Shown here: positions 27,296-40,229 of the stretch, piece by piece
How the letters are laid out: the number at the start of each line of letters is the position of its first letter
Numbering within the stretch: the stretch's first letter is position 1
Origin: Lama glama
Taxonomy: Eukaryota
Assembly: GCA_028534125.1 (NCBI GenBank)
Contig: CM052817.1
Coordinates: 98,272,001-98,336,000 of the forward strand
Length of the DNA stretch: 64,000 bases
Direction of reading: 5' to 3'
Position numbers and translations under genes: made by a program
The notes under the pieces: generated by a model
What the model was told of the DNA's origin: nothing
The model's database searches: none
What the model saw: the letters and a program-made list of their open reading frames with translations, nothing else

Positions 27296-27609
27296 TTTAA
27301 ATCTTCATATTTCCCTATAAGTAAATACTTAATAAAATAATTGTAATGTTCATATTGAATTCCATATTATTAATGAATCATAATTTATTTAACGATTTCC
27401 CTATTATTGTGGATTTACATTGTTTAAACATTTGCAGTAATTACAATGCTGCAATTGCTATCATATATAAATCTATAAGTATTACTTCTTTAAGATGAAT
27501 TATACACATTCCACTGAATTCTAAAAGAATAAACTAATCATAATTTAATATTCTCTTCATGAATCAAAATAAATCATCTTTATTATACATTTATAATATG
27601 AAGTTCTAA

Positions 27610-27800
27610 GTGCTTGCTCTAGGTTCAGAATATTTGAGCTGAAATCCTGGCTGTACCACCTAATAGCTGGATGACCACACAAGTTATTTAGCCTTTCAAG
27701 GGCATAATATTTCTTCTAGTAAAATGTGTTCAATAATAGCATCTATCATACAGATTATGAAGATAAAATGAGAAAATCACATAAAATGTATGGCCCTTAG
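27610..27800 (+). mobile_element. MIR SINE
   Basis: aaatcctggctgtaccacctaatagctggatgacc…aagttatttagcct…taaaatg…ataatagcatctatcata. Confidence 0.7.
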
Positions 27801-28177
27801 TCTTATGAGTTTGAAATTTATAAATATTAACTTTACATTAACTATGGCATTGTACCATCATAACAATCATGGCAGATACCAGGGGCTGCTATATAGTATT
27901 TATAAATCTATGTAAATATAATTTTTTTAAAATTAGAGATTTTTAATATATGTATATAATTAGAAATTAGAATAATTCATACATTAGAGAGTTTTATATA
28001 AAATATGGTATATTATATTTTCAAATATGTATATTATATATACATATATATAAATGTGTGTATAATATAATCATAATTTATATTAACAAAATATATATTG
28101 CCAAATGATTTTTTTTTAATCCTTGCCATTGTAGACTATGTTCACCAATAATCAGGCTTTACAAAATAAAAAGAGTC

Positions 28178-29837
28178 TCCCTAAAGATCTCAAATAGCCA
28201 AAGAAATCTTCAGAAAGAACCATAAAGCTGGGGGCATCATGCTTTCTGATTTCAAACTATATTACAAATATAGTCATCAAAATAGTATGATATTGACATA
28301 AAAACAGACACAAAAATCAATGGAACAGAAGAGAAAGCCCAGAAATAAGCCCACATGTATATGACCAGTTAACTTATAACAAAAGAGGCAAGAATATACA
28401 ATGAAGAAAGGATAGACTCTTCAATAAATCGTGTTGGGAAAACTGGAAAGCCACATGCAAAAGAATGAAACTGGATCACTCTCTTACACCATACACACAA
28501 ATTAACTCACAACAGATTAGAGACTTGAATGTAAGACCTAAAACCAAAACTCCTAGAAGACAACATAGGTGGTAAGTTACTTGATATGGATCTTAGTGAT
28601 AATTTTTTGATTTGACACTAAAAGCAAAGTCTACAAGAGCTAAAGTAAACAGGTGGTACTATATCAAACTAAAAAGTTTCTGCACAGCAAAGAAAACCAT
28701 CAATGAAAATAAAGACAAACTACTGAATAGGAAAGAGTATTTATAATTCTTATATCTTATAAGAGGTTAATATCCAAAAAATATAAAGAATGCATACAAT
28801 TCAATAACAAGAAAAAAAAACTTCATTTAAAAATGAGCAGAAGATCTGAATATTTTTTATAAAGAAGACATACAGATGACCTACAGATACATGAACATGT
28901 GCTCAATGTCACTAATAAGAGAAATACAAATCAAAACCACAATGAAATATCACCTCACACCCATTAGAATGGCTACTATAGAAAAGATAAGAAATAACAA
29001 GTGTTAGTGAGGATGTGGAGAAAAGGGAAGCCTGTACACTCTTGGTGGAAATGTAAATTGGTGCAACCACTGTGGAAAACAGTATGAAGTTTCCTCAAAA
29101 AGTTAAAAGTAGAACTACCATATGATCCAGCAGTTCCACTTCTGGACTTCTGGGTAGTTATCTGAAGGAAACTAAAACACTAACTCAAAAATACATGTAC
29201 CCCCATGCTCAATGCAGTGTTGTTATTTACAACAGTCAAGACATGAAAACAACCTAAGTGTCCATCAATGGACATATGGATAAAGAAAATGTGGAGCATA
29301 TATACACAATGGAATATTATTCAGCCATAAAAAGAAGTAAATCTACCACTTGCAACAACATGGATGGACCATGAAGTCCTTATGTTGAGTGAGTGACATA
29401 AATCAGAGGGGGAAAGACAAATACCATATAATTTCACTTATGTATGGAATCTAAAAACCAAACAACCAACGAAACAAACAAACAAACAAAAAATCAACTG
29501 AATTCATAGATACAGAGACTAGATTAATGGCTGTCAGAGGCAGGGGAGTGGGAAAATAGGAAACAGTGGTCAAAAGGTAAAAATTTCCAGTTATAAAATA
29601 AGTGAGTCATGGAGATGTATAGCTTGATGATTATAGTTAATAATACTATAATGTATTTGAAAGTTACTAAGAGTAGATCTTAAAAGTTCTTGTCACAAGA
29701 AAAAAATTATAATTATGTATCATGACAGATGTTAACTAGACTTCTTGTGTTGATCATTTCACAATATATACAGATATCATTATGTTGTACATCTGAAATT
29801 AACATGATGTTATATTCCAATTATAACACAATAAGAA
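28178..29837 (+). mobile_element. 5'-truncated L1MA (L1MA8/9-like), ORF2 3' third + 3'UTR, with 10-bp TSD
   Basis: Continuous L1 ORF2 similarity (caaatagccaaagaaatct…atggaatattattcagccataaaaag) and an L1MA-type 3'UTR. Direct repeat aaaaagagtc at 28168-28177 and 29838-29847. Confidence 0.9.
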
Positions 29838-30134
29838 AAAAAGAGTCCTGTGCTAAGTTCAGCAGGAGAGTTTTTAAAAAATTTCTTAAAACAATGTTAG
29901 TTTCCACATCTGGACTCTCCCATGCTCTTCCTTTTGCCTATTCAACTTTCTTCTATTCCCTACGTAGTAATTCTAATCTGTTCTGTAAGAATAAACTCAT
30001 AAGTCATCATATTTATAAAATCATCTCTAATACTGCCAAATACAGTCATTCTCCTTACCTAGGCTTACAGTTATGCTTAATTGTTTATATTAAGTCAACT
30101 ACCATGTAATTTCTATTTTGTATCTTTCTGCACC

Positions 30135-31150
30135 TATTTATTGAGAATAACTTTCCCCCCGACACTCATAAGAAAAGCCTAACAGTTCTACAGCTATGTA
30201 ACAAGTTAATATCAGAACTTGTTTTTATACCTCTTTAACCAATGAATTATAGTTCTATAGGCACACTGACAAGCAACCCCAGAACCAATATTAAACCTAT
30301 TTTATCAGCTGGTGAAAATGCACCTCAGTAAATACACCTCTGAAAGCCAACCAATCAATTAGTGAGAAATCCTACTTTTGAAAGTTAACTAATGAACAAA
30401 AGTTCCACTCTAGTAACATGTTTTCTGAAGGCCAGTCAACTAGTAACTCATTTCTGAGGGGTCACACTCAATCCTACGTCATTTCACCCCCACTAGTAAA
30501 AACCACCAATCACTGACTTGTATGCTGTGTAACAAATTACCCCAAAACTAGAGGGATAAAACAACAAACATTTGTCTCACATAGCTTCTGAGGGTTAGAA
30601 ATCTGCAGTGGATTTTCTGGGTGGGTCAGTTGCAGTCCAGCTGTCACTGGAGCTGGAGTTATCTTTGTAGGAGTATTATGGTGCTGGAGGCTCCACAACC
30701 ATGTTGCATTACCCACATAGACCTCAGTTCCTTACTGCCCATAGGCATACGTCCTCAGCTCCTCAGCACACCAACCTCTCAACAGAGCTGCTGGAGTGCC
30801 TTTGTGACATGATCGCTAGCTTTCCTGAGTAGCTTATCTAAAGGAGAGCAAGGGAGAAGCCACAAAATCTTTTACGACCTAGCCTCAGAAATAACATACC
30901 ATCACTTTTGCTGTATTCTGTTGGTAAGAAAGACCAACCCTGATGCAATGTGTGTACCTCCACATGGGTATGAATACCAAGAGGCACAGATCATTGGGGT
31001 CATCTTGGGAGCTGGCTACCACTCTTCTCAAAAACCCTTATTAGTATCAACAGTCTTCTTTACCTGGGGAGACTATTTAACCAACATGACTCTCCCTTAC
31101 TTAGATGGACGATGAACTCAGCTTTGAGTTTTTATTTCAGATATTGAGTG
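30135..31150. mobile_element. Old LTR-like element interrupted by an MLT1 LTR
   Basis: 30135-30515 contains repeated ccaat/ccaatca-like boxes typical of a U3 region. 31023-31150 looks like an LTR R/U5 continuation. Family not identified. Confidence 0.35.
30517..31022 (-). mobile_element. MaLR LTR (MLT1F/G-like)
   Basis: Left end gctgtgtaacaaattaccccaaaact…taaaacaacaaacattt. Right end tgaataccaagagg…gatcattggggtcatcttgg…gctggctaccac, the reverse complement of the MLT1 start tgtggtagccagc…aagatg.ccccaatgatc. Confidence 0.8.
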
Positions 31151-31289
31151 TTACTGTTATCCTTTGTCATTTAGAGGTGTTCTGTCAAGATTTTTTTTGA
31201 AGGTCCTCATTTGGTATCATTCTATTTGACTCATGGACTAATAAGAGTGCTCAGTAGGAGTGACTGAGCCAAAATCTGACAGGGTTTTG

Positions 31290-31420
31290 GATCTGCTAGA
31301 ATGTAAACGCTTCTAGGGCAGGGATTAAGTATAAGCTTTAGTTATTTCTCAATCTTTGTTGCCAAGCATATAGGAGACACTCAATTAATGCTTGTTAAAT
31401 AAATAGATGAAGAAATAAAA
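31290..31420 (+). mobile_element. L2 LINE 3' end
   Basis: ctagaatgtaaacgcttctagggcagggatt…cactcaattaatgcttgttaaataaatagatgaa. Confidence 0.6.
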
Positions 31421-32559
31421 TAATGAAACAATAATCCTACAATTTTTATTTTACAAAGATAAGCAGTAATGTAGTGAGTGGTAGGTTGTTGTATTTGTGC
31501 AACTCACATTTCCTTTAAATACAGACCTGATGCCATACCTTAATGTCTTCTTCCTCAGTGCTTCCAACTTGCTTAGTGAAATGGGTTGAGGAAATGAGAA
31601 CCACATCTCTGATTTTATCACTGACATCCAAGAAAAAAAAAAAAAGGAATTCACAGAACACACTCATTCCATCAAACTCATTCCATCAAATAAGGAAGAC
31701 CTAATTCATCATCCTAAAGAATTTTTAATAATTTGACCATAGTTAAAAAACGCTAGCCAGATATAATATAGCATTCCTGTTATCTTTATGTTGGATTATT
31801 CTTGTGAATGTACTAATGCTGAAATTTTAATCAACTGAACCATCTAAAATAAAATAACATTTTTTCCACCAGTAATTACATTTATCATGAAAACACATTC
31901 ACATGATTTGCCCTTAACAATGAAAATCAAAGGAACATTAAAGAACATAAAAGAGGAGGCTGCAAGGTGTTTGTAGTTGGTAAAAGGGAGATCAACGGGT
32001 ATATATCCAAACAATTTTTCAAGTTCAGTTGAACTTAAAATATAATTTTCAGTGACTACATTATTCTCCTCAAGCAAGCAGATACTCTACAGGCAAAGCA
32101 CAATATTGAACTAGCCATAGTACATTTAAACCTATCCAAATAATAACAGCCACTTCCTATGCTTGAGCAGATATAAGTGATATAAAATATATGGAGCTCC
32201 TTTCAAATCAGGATTTATTTGGGTTTTTTATTTTTGTAATAATTAATGTTATAGACCACCTCGAAGAATGGGCTCAACACTCAACTTAGTTTTAACAAGA
32301 GTAATAAATGTCCATATTTTAAATAAGTTAAGGAGAATCAGGACAAGTCACGGTAGGGACTTAAGAAGGCAAAATAAATTACACATATATCATATAGCTA
32401 CAAGAAAATATGCTCCCAAAAAGGAGATAAAAATGATGGATAGAAATCCAAGTAAATGCTGAGATGTGTATTTAAGAAGTCTAAAAAAGCGCAAAAGATA
32501 TAAGCAGAACATGTAGTAGCTAGGATTATATTCACAATAAATCAGACTTATTGGATTAT

Positions 32560-32930
32560 TATATCTTAGTCTGAGTTCCACTACTTTTAAACAAATGAGA
32601 AAATGTGGAAAATGTTTATAGAGAGAAGTGCCAAAAGACATTAAGGATTAGACAGAGGGCTTCTGAGGAATTATATTTTAAAAGGAATATTTTTAGCAGA
32701 AAGAAAGAGTCTTAATCATCTATGCAGAGCTTTTATTTTGTGAAGAGTGAAATAGTTACAACTGCAACAAAGAGTGTGTAAGAAGAGAAACTCTTACGTT
32801 GCAAAGTAGAAAATTCTGACAGAGGAGATCATAAAAATCAGACTTGACTGTCAAGGACAATTGAGTAATTTCCATAGTCTTTAAAGATGGCATAGATTCT
32901 CATTTGGCTAATGTAATCAGGCCTTGCCCG
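32560..32930 (+). mobile_element. Possible CR1/L3 LINE 3' relic
   Basis: Very degenerate similarity to CR1/L3 3' ends (…gtctttaaagatggcatagattctcatttg…). Confidence 0.3.
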
Positions 32931-34669
32931 TAGGCAGTGGTATAAACTGAAGGGCATAAAAAAGATAGCTTGTACTCATAATAGGTAACAAAACAGTGAT
33001 TAGACCAGGAAATCTGCTTCCAGTATTAATTACATAACTTATTTAACCACGTATTATAAAGGTAAGTAAAATTTACTATATGAAGGGCTCAAAATGATGT
33101 ATGACAAAGAAGTAGCAGAACTAGAGGTCTTTGCTCATTACTCGGAATCTGAACTAATTAGAAACCTTACTGTAATACAATAATATGATTTCAGTTAAGA
33201 ATGGACCAATGGTTTGAGAAAGTAATTTAATCATTCATTTGTATTTCCCTTGAAAGATAAAGGCTAACCTACCCCTTTTAAGGTATTCTCATTAGAATTC
33301 CAAGAGTTCATTAATATAATCTACAGCTTCCAGGCTGGAAATCCACTAAACTCACAAAAGTACATGAAGGAGAGGAAAAAGTCCAGCCTATCCGTGACAG
33401 GCCAGAGGGGCAGGGGCACTTAGGGATAGACAGCTCATAGGGAAAGACAACCAAAGACATGTTAAAAGACCAGCCTTCCAGTCAAAACAGGGAGGAGAGC
33501 TGCTGCCACGAAGAACCTATATCTTCAGAGAGACAGAGTTTAAAACTCAGAGATGCTAATCAGTTACTCAATATTGTCATCTTTTCTTCTGTGGAGTGAA
33601 TAAAAGAATGGCTTGTTCATGTAAAAAAAAAAAAAAAAAAGACTAGCCTTCCAAAATAAGTTTCCTGAAAATAAGTTTGACAAGACATGTGCTCCTAGAT
33701 AAAAAAAATAAAATAGAATAAAGGATTTTTAAAATTCATATTCTAAGATTATAAAATTATAATTCAGAAGTAATGCTTTGTTCATATTCAAGCCCAGAAA
33801 TTCTGGGATATAAAATATGGATATACTAAATATTTTTAGAGTGTGTATGGTCTTAATATTACAATTTGTTAGCAACCCATGCCATTTGTAGAACATTCAG
33901 TAACTCTATTAACTACTTTTCAGCTCTTACTGATGATCTGTCTCTAAATCTACAGAGTGAAATCAATAAACAGGAGTGCCTACATTGTGGAGTATTAATG
34001 TTGGACACATAATAAATTTCTAGAGCTATCTTCCTTAAAATGTTTATACCTAAGGAGTTACTGAGTTTCAGAAAGCACTTCTGTAATAGACTAATCTTTT
34101 TCAAGGCAAATGCTGAAAACTCTTGTCAATCAATTTAATAACAACTGTAATTTAAAAAGATTCAAGGCCCAGTCACTTACTAAAAAGGGAAAAGAAAGCA
34201 TAAAACTTCAGGAGATGAGCCCTCAACTTATAGCATAAGGCCACTTGTGTATTTCCTTTCGATTTGTTTTATTTGAACCAAATGTTTACAAATGGGCTCT
34301 AAACAATGAACACAAATCTTTTAAAATGTAATAGGTCACATTCTGTTAATTTTCAGGGGGAAATTGCAAAGAGTAAATAATTTGCAATCAGGGTCCTGAT
34401 TCACCTTATAGAACCTAAAACCTTCAGCTTTCTTTTTCATAATTTTCTTTCTCTTTCTTTCCCTCTTCTTCCTCTAGGCTACCTATCAGAACTGAGCAAT
34501 TAAATATACCTTTACATGTGCAAGTGAAATGAGATTGCATTAAATTTGTGACTCTCTATAGATAAGTTCTAATATGCTAGTTTTAAAATGTAAAGATAAA
34601 AGTCATCTTTCAAAAATATTAGCAAATTAAATTTTAATATCTTGGTTCTATAAATTAATGTTTTCAACT

Positions 34670-35475
34670 ACTTCTATAGCTTTACTGAAGCACAAATGAA
34701 AAACTACACATATTTAAAATGTGTAATTTGACGAATTTTGACATATGTTTGCATCCGTGGAACCATCATGAATCACCACAATCGAGTTAATAAACATTTC
34801 CATCACCACCCAAAATTTTGTAACCCATCACATCTCACTTCTATTTCTCACCGCCAGCCCAGGTAACCACAGATCTGCTCCTGTCATAGGCCTAGTTTGT
34901 TTGCAACTTCTAGACTTCTATATAGATAGAATCATACTCTTGTACTCTTTTGTTGTCTGACCTCTTTCAGCGTAATTCTTTTGAGATTTAGCCATACTGT
35001 TTGTTACATGCATCGTATATATTCAATAGTCTGTTCTTTTATATTGATGAATAGTATTCTGCATGGATATATCACAGTTTGTTTATCTTTCCATCTGTAT
35101 ATGGGCAATTGAGTTGTTTCTACTTTGAGTCTTTTACAAAAAAGGGTCTATGAATATTTATGTACAAGTATTTGTATAGACATATACTTTCTTTTCTCTT
35201 GGGCAAATAGCTAGGAGTGGTATGGCTGGGTTGTATAGCAAGTGTACATTTAACTTTCTAAGAAAGCGTCAAACTATTTTGCACAGTGTTTTTACCCTTT
35301 TACTTTTGTATCAGCAGAATATTAGTGTTCTAGTTTCAGCACTTGGAGTGCTTAGTCTTTTTAATTTTGGCCCCTATGGTAGGTGTGTAGTAGTATCCCA
35401 CTGTGTTTAGTTTACATTTCCCTAATGCCAAAAATGGTGCACATCATTTTTGGGTTTGTTGGTCATTCTTAAATT
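34670..35475 (-). mobile_element. L1MB-like 3' end
   Basis: agctttactgaag…cacatatttaaaatgtgtaatttgacgaattttgaca…gctaggagtggtatggctggg…gtgtagtagtatcccactgtg is an antisense L1MB 3'UTR/ORF2 end. Confidence 0.8.
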
Positions 35476-35499
35476 CTTCTCTCTTTTTCTGTTTTATTT

Positions 35500-36290
35500 A
35501 TTTTTAAAATGTATTTACAGTAAAATTCATTCTTTTTGGTATACAGTTAGTTTTGGTAATTTTTAGGGTCATGTAACCACACTATGATCAAAATACAGAA
35601 CAGTTTCATCGCCTTAAGAACTCCCTCACAGGACCTCTTTGTAGTCAAACCCTCCCAGCAGCAGTAAACCCTGGCAATCACAAGACTGATTCTCTCCTAT
35701 TAGTTTTGTTTTCCAACATGTCATTTAAATGGAATCAATATACAGCCTTTGAGTTTGGCTTCTTACACTTAACATGATGCATCTGAAATTCATCCATGTT
35801 ATTGCAGCAATAGTTCTTTCTTTTTAATTGCTGAATAGTACTTCATTGTACAGATGTTAACAGATTTTGATTATTCATTCACCAGTTGACAAACATTTGT
35901 GTTGTTCCAGCTTTTGGCATTTATGATTAAAGCTGCTATATACATTCATATACAGGTTCTGTGTAAGCAAACACTTTCATTTCTTTTGAGTAATTTTCAA
36001 GGGGTAGGATGGCTGGGTTTCATCGGTAGAGTATATTAACTATAAGAAAAAAATCAACATTTTTAAGTATTTGTTGTGCAATTTTGCATTTCCCATCAAT
36101 ATATGAGTGTTCCAGTTACTCTACATTCTTGCTAGACTTGAATTATCAGATTTTTAAATTTTACTTTAGTCATTCTAATAGATGAGTAGTGGTAGGACTC
36201 GATGGGTTTTATTTGTATTTTCCTAAGGACTAGTAAATTGGTCATTATTTCATGTGTTTCTTTGTCATCTATATATTTTCTTTGTCTTAT
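35500..36290 (-). mobile_element. Second L1MB/L1MC-like 3' end
   Basis: tacagtaaaattcattctttttggtatacagtt…cccctggcaatcac…ttaacatgatgcatctgaaattcatccatgttattgc…agtcattctaatagatgagtagtggtag. Confidence 0.8.
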
Positions 36291-36309
36291 TTGGTTTTTT
36301 TTACCAAAA

Positions 36310-37135
36310 TACAAAGTTAATTAATAGAGAGATAATACTATTAAAGATTAGTACTATTTCAACAAATAGTGCTAACACATTTGGATATCAATATGTTAAC
36401 AAAGAAAGAACTTCAACCTATACTTTGAGCTATGTACAAAATATAACTCAAAATAAATCATTCACTGAAATGTAAAACCTAAAACTATAAAATTTCTAGA
36501 AGAAAATCTTCAGACCAGAGGTCTAACCAATGTTTCTTGGATATAACAGTAAAAGCATGAATCATAAAAGAATACAGTGGTAGATACAAAATTTAAAAAC
36601 TCCTGCTTTTCAGAAGATATCATTAAAAGAAAGAAAGGACAGCCACAGACTGGGAGAAAATATTTGCAAAGCATACATATGTTAAGAATTTATATTCAGA
36701 ATATCTAAAGGACTCTCAACACTTAATAACAACAAAAAACAATATAAAAGTGGCCAAAACTTTGAAGAGACACCTCACCAAGGAAGATAAACAAATGACA
36801 AATACATGACAAGATGCTATATATCATTATCTACTAGATAAATGCAAATTAAAGCCACAATGGCACACCAATACATAGCTATCAGAACAGCTGAAGTTAG
36901 AAAAATTGATTACACCAAGTACTGATATAGTTATGGAACAAAAGCAACGCTTATATTTCTGTTGATGGTGGATATGAAATGGTATCACTTTGGAAAACAG
37001 TTTAGTCAAGAGAAATGCAAACACGTGTCTATGCACAGTCTTGCACATGATGTTCACAGCAGCTTTCCTTATAGTATCACTTTTTAAAAAAACAACCCAA
37101 ATGTCCATTATTAGGTGAACAGACAAACACAGTGT
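36310..37135 (+). mobile_element. L1M ORF2 3' fragment
   Basis: ttcaacaaatagtgcta…aaatgtaaaacctaaaactataaaatttctagaagaaaa…agccacagactgggagaaaatatttgcaaa…aacaacccaaatgtccat. Confidence 0.8.
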
Positions 37136-37338
37136 GTCTTCACTATTCTAGTGGAGACACCAAAGTGAAAAACAGCCACATTTTAAATTACAAGCATAAT
37201 ACTTAAGAACTAAAGGTAATACTCTATAGGGCCAATGTAATACTCCACATCATCCTCGTGATGGATAAGTGTACTTAATAAAGCACAAGGTCATTTCTTC
37301 TTTATTATAAAAGAAAATAATACGGTTTAGTATCTTAC

Positions 37339-37500
37339 CTATATACTTATATCCTTCTTCCCCGTTTACTATGGGTCTCAGCCAAGTTGACCTAAGCCAA
37401 TTATTATTACGCGCATGGGCACCTTGAGGAGGGTAGAGTGTAAATAACATTTCAATTGCATTGGACTTCTTGGTGATTTCAGAGTATTTTTCACGGTCTT
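37339..37500 (-). CDS. IQCM: Internal coding exon (162 nt, phase 1-1) of IQ motif containing M, probably the penultimate coding exon
   Basis: Minus strand: acceptor ...ttctttttttttacAG (AG at 37502-37501) and donor G|GTAAGA (GT at 37338-37337). The open frame reads (E)DREKYSEITKKSNAIEMLFTLYPPQGAHARNNNWLRSTWLRPIVNGEEGYKYI. This matches my recollection of the human IQCM C-terminal segment ...EKYSELIKKSKAIEMLFTLYPPEGAH...KSTWLRPIVNGEEGYRYI. It overlaps supplied ORF 37250..37450(-). I did not find the neighbouring exons in the window. Confidence 0.9.
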
Positions 37501-37944
37501 CTGTAAAAAAAAAGAATTATTTAAAAAAATTTTAGACATTGTTGAAAAATTTCTAAATGTGTTTCTTTAAGGGATGCAAATTGAATCCTAATGATTATGT
37601 TGATAACATAGTTTTCTTTAGCCAAAGATACTTCACCCAAAATAATTCCTAGCAAAAATTAAGACTTAAGGGCTTTAGTAGTAGAATCGTCAAACTATCA
37701 GTTTAAAGCAGTGTTGTTAATAGCTTTAGAGAAAAGATAACCAATTAACAGCATTCACATTATACACACTATAACATAACCATATTTTATAACATGACCA
37801 TGTATTTCTTTAATTGCCATTAAACAATGAAATCAGAGTAATTTGACAAAAATGTTGAGTAAATGTAGAGTTCCATAAACAGGAACTACTGAAATAATCA
37901 ATATTCTTAGGCTTTGGTCTTTAAGAAAATATAATAACGCAAAC

Positions 37945-38150
37945 ATAAATATTTATATAGCACCTACTATATGCAAGGAATTGTTCCAATTGGTCTAAAC
38001 CATTAACATATTTAACTTTCATAACACATCTATAAGGCAGACACTGTTATTACTTCTATTTTATATGAGGAATTTAAGGTCCAAAGAAATTAAATAACTT
38101 GCTTAAATCTTGCAATCTGTAAATGATTCAATTAAAATTTGGATTGTGTG
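37945..38150 (-). mobile_element. MIR SINE
   Basis: atatttatatagcacctactatatgcaagg…ttcataacacatctataaggcag…attttatatgaggaatttaagg…taaataacttgc. Confidence 0.7.
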
Positions 38151-39524
38151 AGGAAATTCTTATTTGCAAACAAATGCTTGTCAAGAGAACATGACCTGTG
38201 TTAACTAGTAGATAAGAAAGCTGGAATTAAAAAATAATTTGAATTGTAGAGTAAAAAATCTTTGGTAATGGCTCTTGGGCCTCCAGTTTGTGTTTTCAGT
38301 TTTTGGTTGACAAGCCAATGTCCTAAAATTTAGTAAGGCAGTCTCTTGAGCAGTTCATTCAAAGTGACTTTACCTAGAAATATTTCAAAGAAAAGAGAGA
38401 TACTGATGTAAATCTTTATTTAGAATCCCATTATATTGTCTTTCTTTCTCTTCCTATTACCTACTTTCCTTTCTTTTTTCCCCTTTATTTTATTAAATAT
38501 CGTGTTTTGTGGTGCAGTGAGTATAAGGCAGTTTGACATAATGATTAAATGATTAAGAAAGTAGGTTTGTTGGTGGATAGTCAGCCAGGTATCAATCTAG
38601 CAATCAGAGTTTCTTTCTTTGAAACTGCAAAGAAAAAAATAAAGTAGGAAAAGCTAGCAGCCTATTTGGTGTGAAATTTCACTTAAGCTTTCTCTCTTAC
38701 TCAAGATTTACATCTTTCTAATTCCTTTAGCTTAAACAAGATGTTTAGTAACATTACTTAATAGGGTTATACTTACTTGTTTTTACAAAGCATTTTATTT
38801 CCCATAAAGGCAAATGTTTCCATTTTGGGCACAATAAAATGTCTACACTAAAATCTAAGCAGTGGCGAATACAGAACTGGCACTTTCTCTTACTGGCTTA
38901 TCCTGACTGAAGACTAAGTAGAAATAAGTGAAGTCTGTGTAATGTTGAACTTGCCAGGATAACGTGATACAGTGATAGCTGTAGTATCAGACACACACTG
39001 AAGGTTTCTAGCTCACAGTCTTGCTAATGCCACCATTTGCCATCAGGAAATACAAATGGAGCCTTGCAGCTTAAATCAACAAGGCATAATGATTTTTGAA
39101 TTACTGTACCTTCCTTTGTAATATCAAAGTTGATTACAAATAAGCATTTTTTATTTTAGAAAACATACAGCCTGTAAAACATGTCCTCTTCTTTTTGCTT
39201 TATTATGCATGTCATCCCAAGATAAAAGCAGGAATTTAATTTTCACTGCTGATATTGATAACTTGTTATTTATGGAGCACCTTTCTTTTAATATACTGCT
39301 AAGTCAATATCGCTACATTGGATTTAGATGTAATAATGTTGTTCTCAGAATGCGAACGTGTAAGAGCTCTTCCTTATCCCTTCTTATCAAGCCATATATG
39401 TAGTAAAACTCTGAGGAGCTCAGATTCTTGTGTCCAGGTCTGGTGTGTAGCAAAAGCCCACACAATATTTCCATGACTCTCTATTGCTCCCAGGTCACCA
39501 GGCAGTCACTTATCTTCATTAGAG

Positions 39525-39760
39525 GCAGCAGCAGCAGTGGCTGAGCGCAGAGGCTCTCAACTGCTTGGTCAACAACCTGGAGCTGCCAATTATGAGCTGT
39601 GTGACCCGAAGCAAGTTAGCTAACATCGCTCAGGCTTAGTATCTTAGTAAAAATGTTCACATGACAGTGTTGTAATGAAGACTATACATGAGTTGACATA
39701 AAGTCTTTAGAAGAACACCTGGTCTGTGGTCAGCATTACTTAAGTGCTATTGTTGTTACT
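39525..39760 (+). mobile_element. MIR SINE
   Basis: gtggctgagcgcagaggctct…ctgccaattatgagctgtgtgacccgaagcaagttagctaac…cctggtctgtggtcagcattacttaagtg. Confidence 0.7.
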
Positions 39761-40229
39761 ATCGTGCTCTCCATTTAACAGATGATGGAACAGCCTCTAT
39801 TCTATTTAGACAATGACGGCAGCTTCCTGCTCCTCCCCCATCTTGCTTGTGCTCTGGATGGGTGAGTGGGAAAATGGTCAGTCATCCTGAAGTCACTGCC
39901 ATTTCCGGTCACTCCAACACTATTTTGGATGTTCTTGTTGGATACTGATCAGGAATTTTTGGTTAGTCAGTACTCGTGGGCTACTAATCAATGCAAAGGT
40001 GGTCTTCCTTGTTCTCAGTATCAGCAATAATAATAAGCAAGATATTTTGTTGAATCTAAGACATTACAGCTGTTGATGACTCCATTAGTTTACATACTAC
40101 TAAGAAATATAAATTGGCTGGAAATTTAACTATGGCATACCATTGATTATAATATGTAGCTCAATTTTAGGGACATTAAAATATGAAAATACACATCTTA
40201 CAGTTAGCAAAATCAAGATATACATTGAC

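Noticed and set aside
27890..28100. Extremely AT-rich stretch as a special element
   Set aside because: Degenerate (TA)n low-complexity sequence, common in mammalian introns.
29729..30109. 126-aa ORF
   Set aside because: It spans an L1 3'UTR, its tail and L2-like sequence, so it is a chance read-through across repeats.
31662..31689. 14-bp tandem duplication actcattccatcaa x2 (similarly tgatagtcta x2 at 15841-15860)
   Set aside because: Ordinary replication-slippage microduplications with no sign of function.
37250..37450. Supplied 66-aa ORF as a stand-alone gene
   Set aside because: Only 37339-37450 is coding, as part of the IQCM exon. The remainder reads through the GT donor into the intron.
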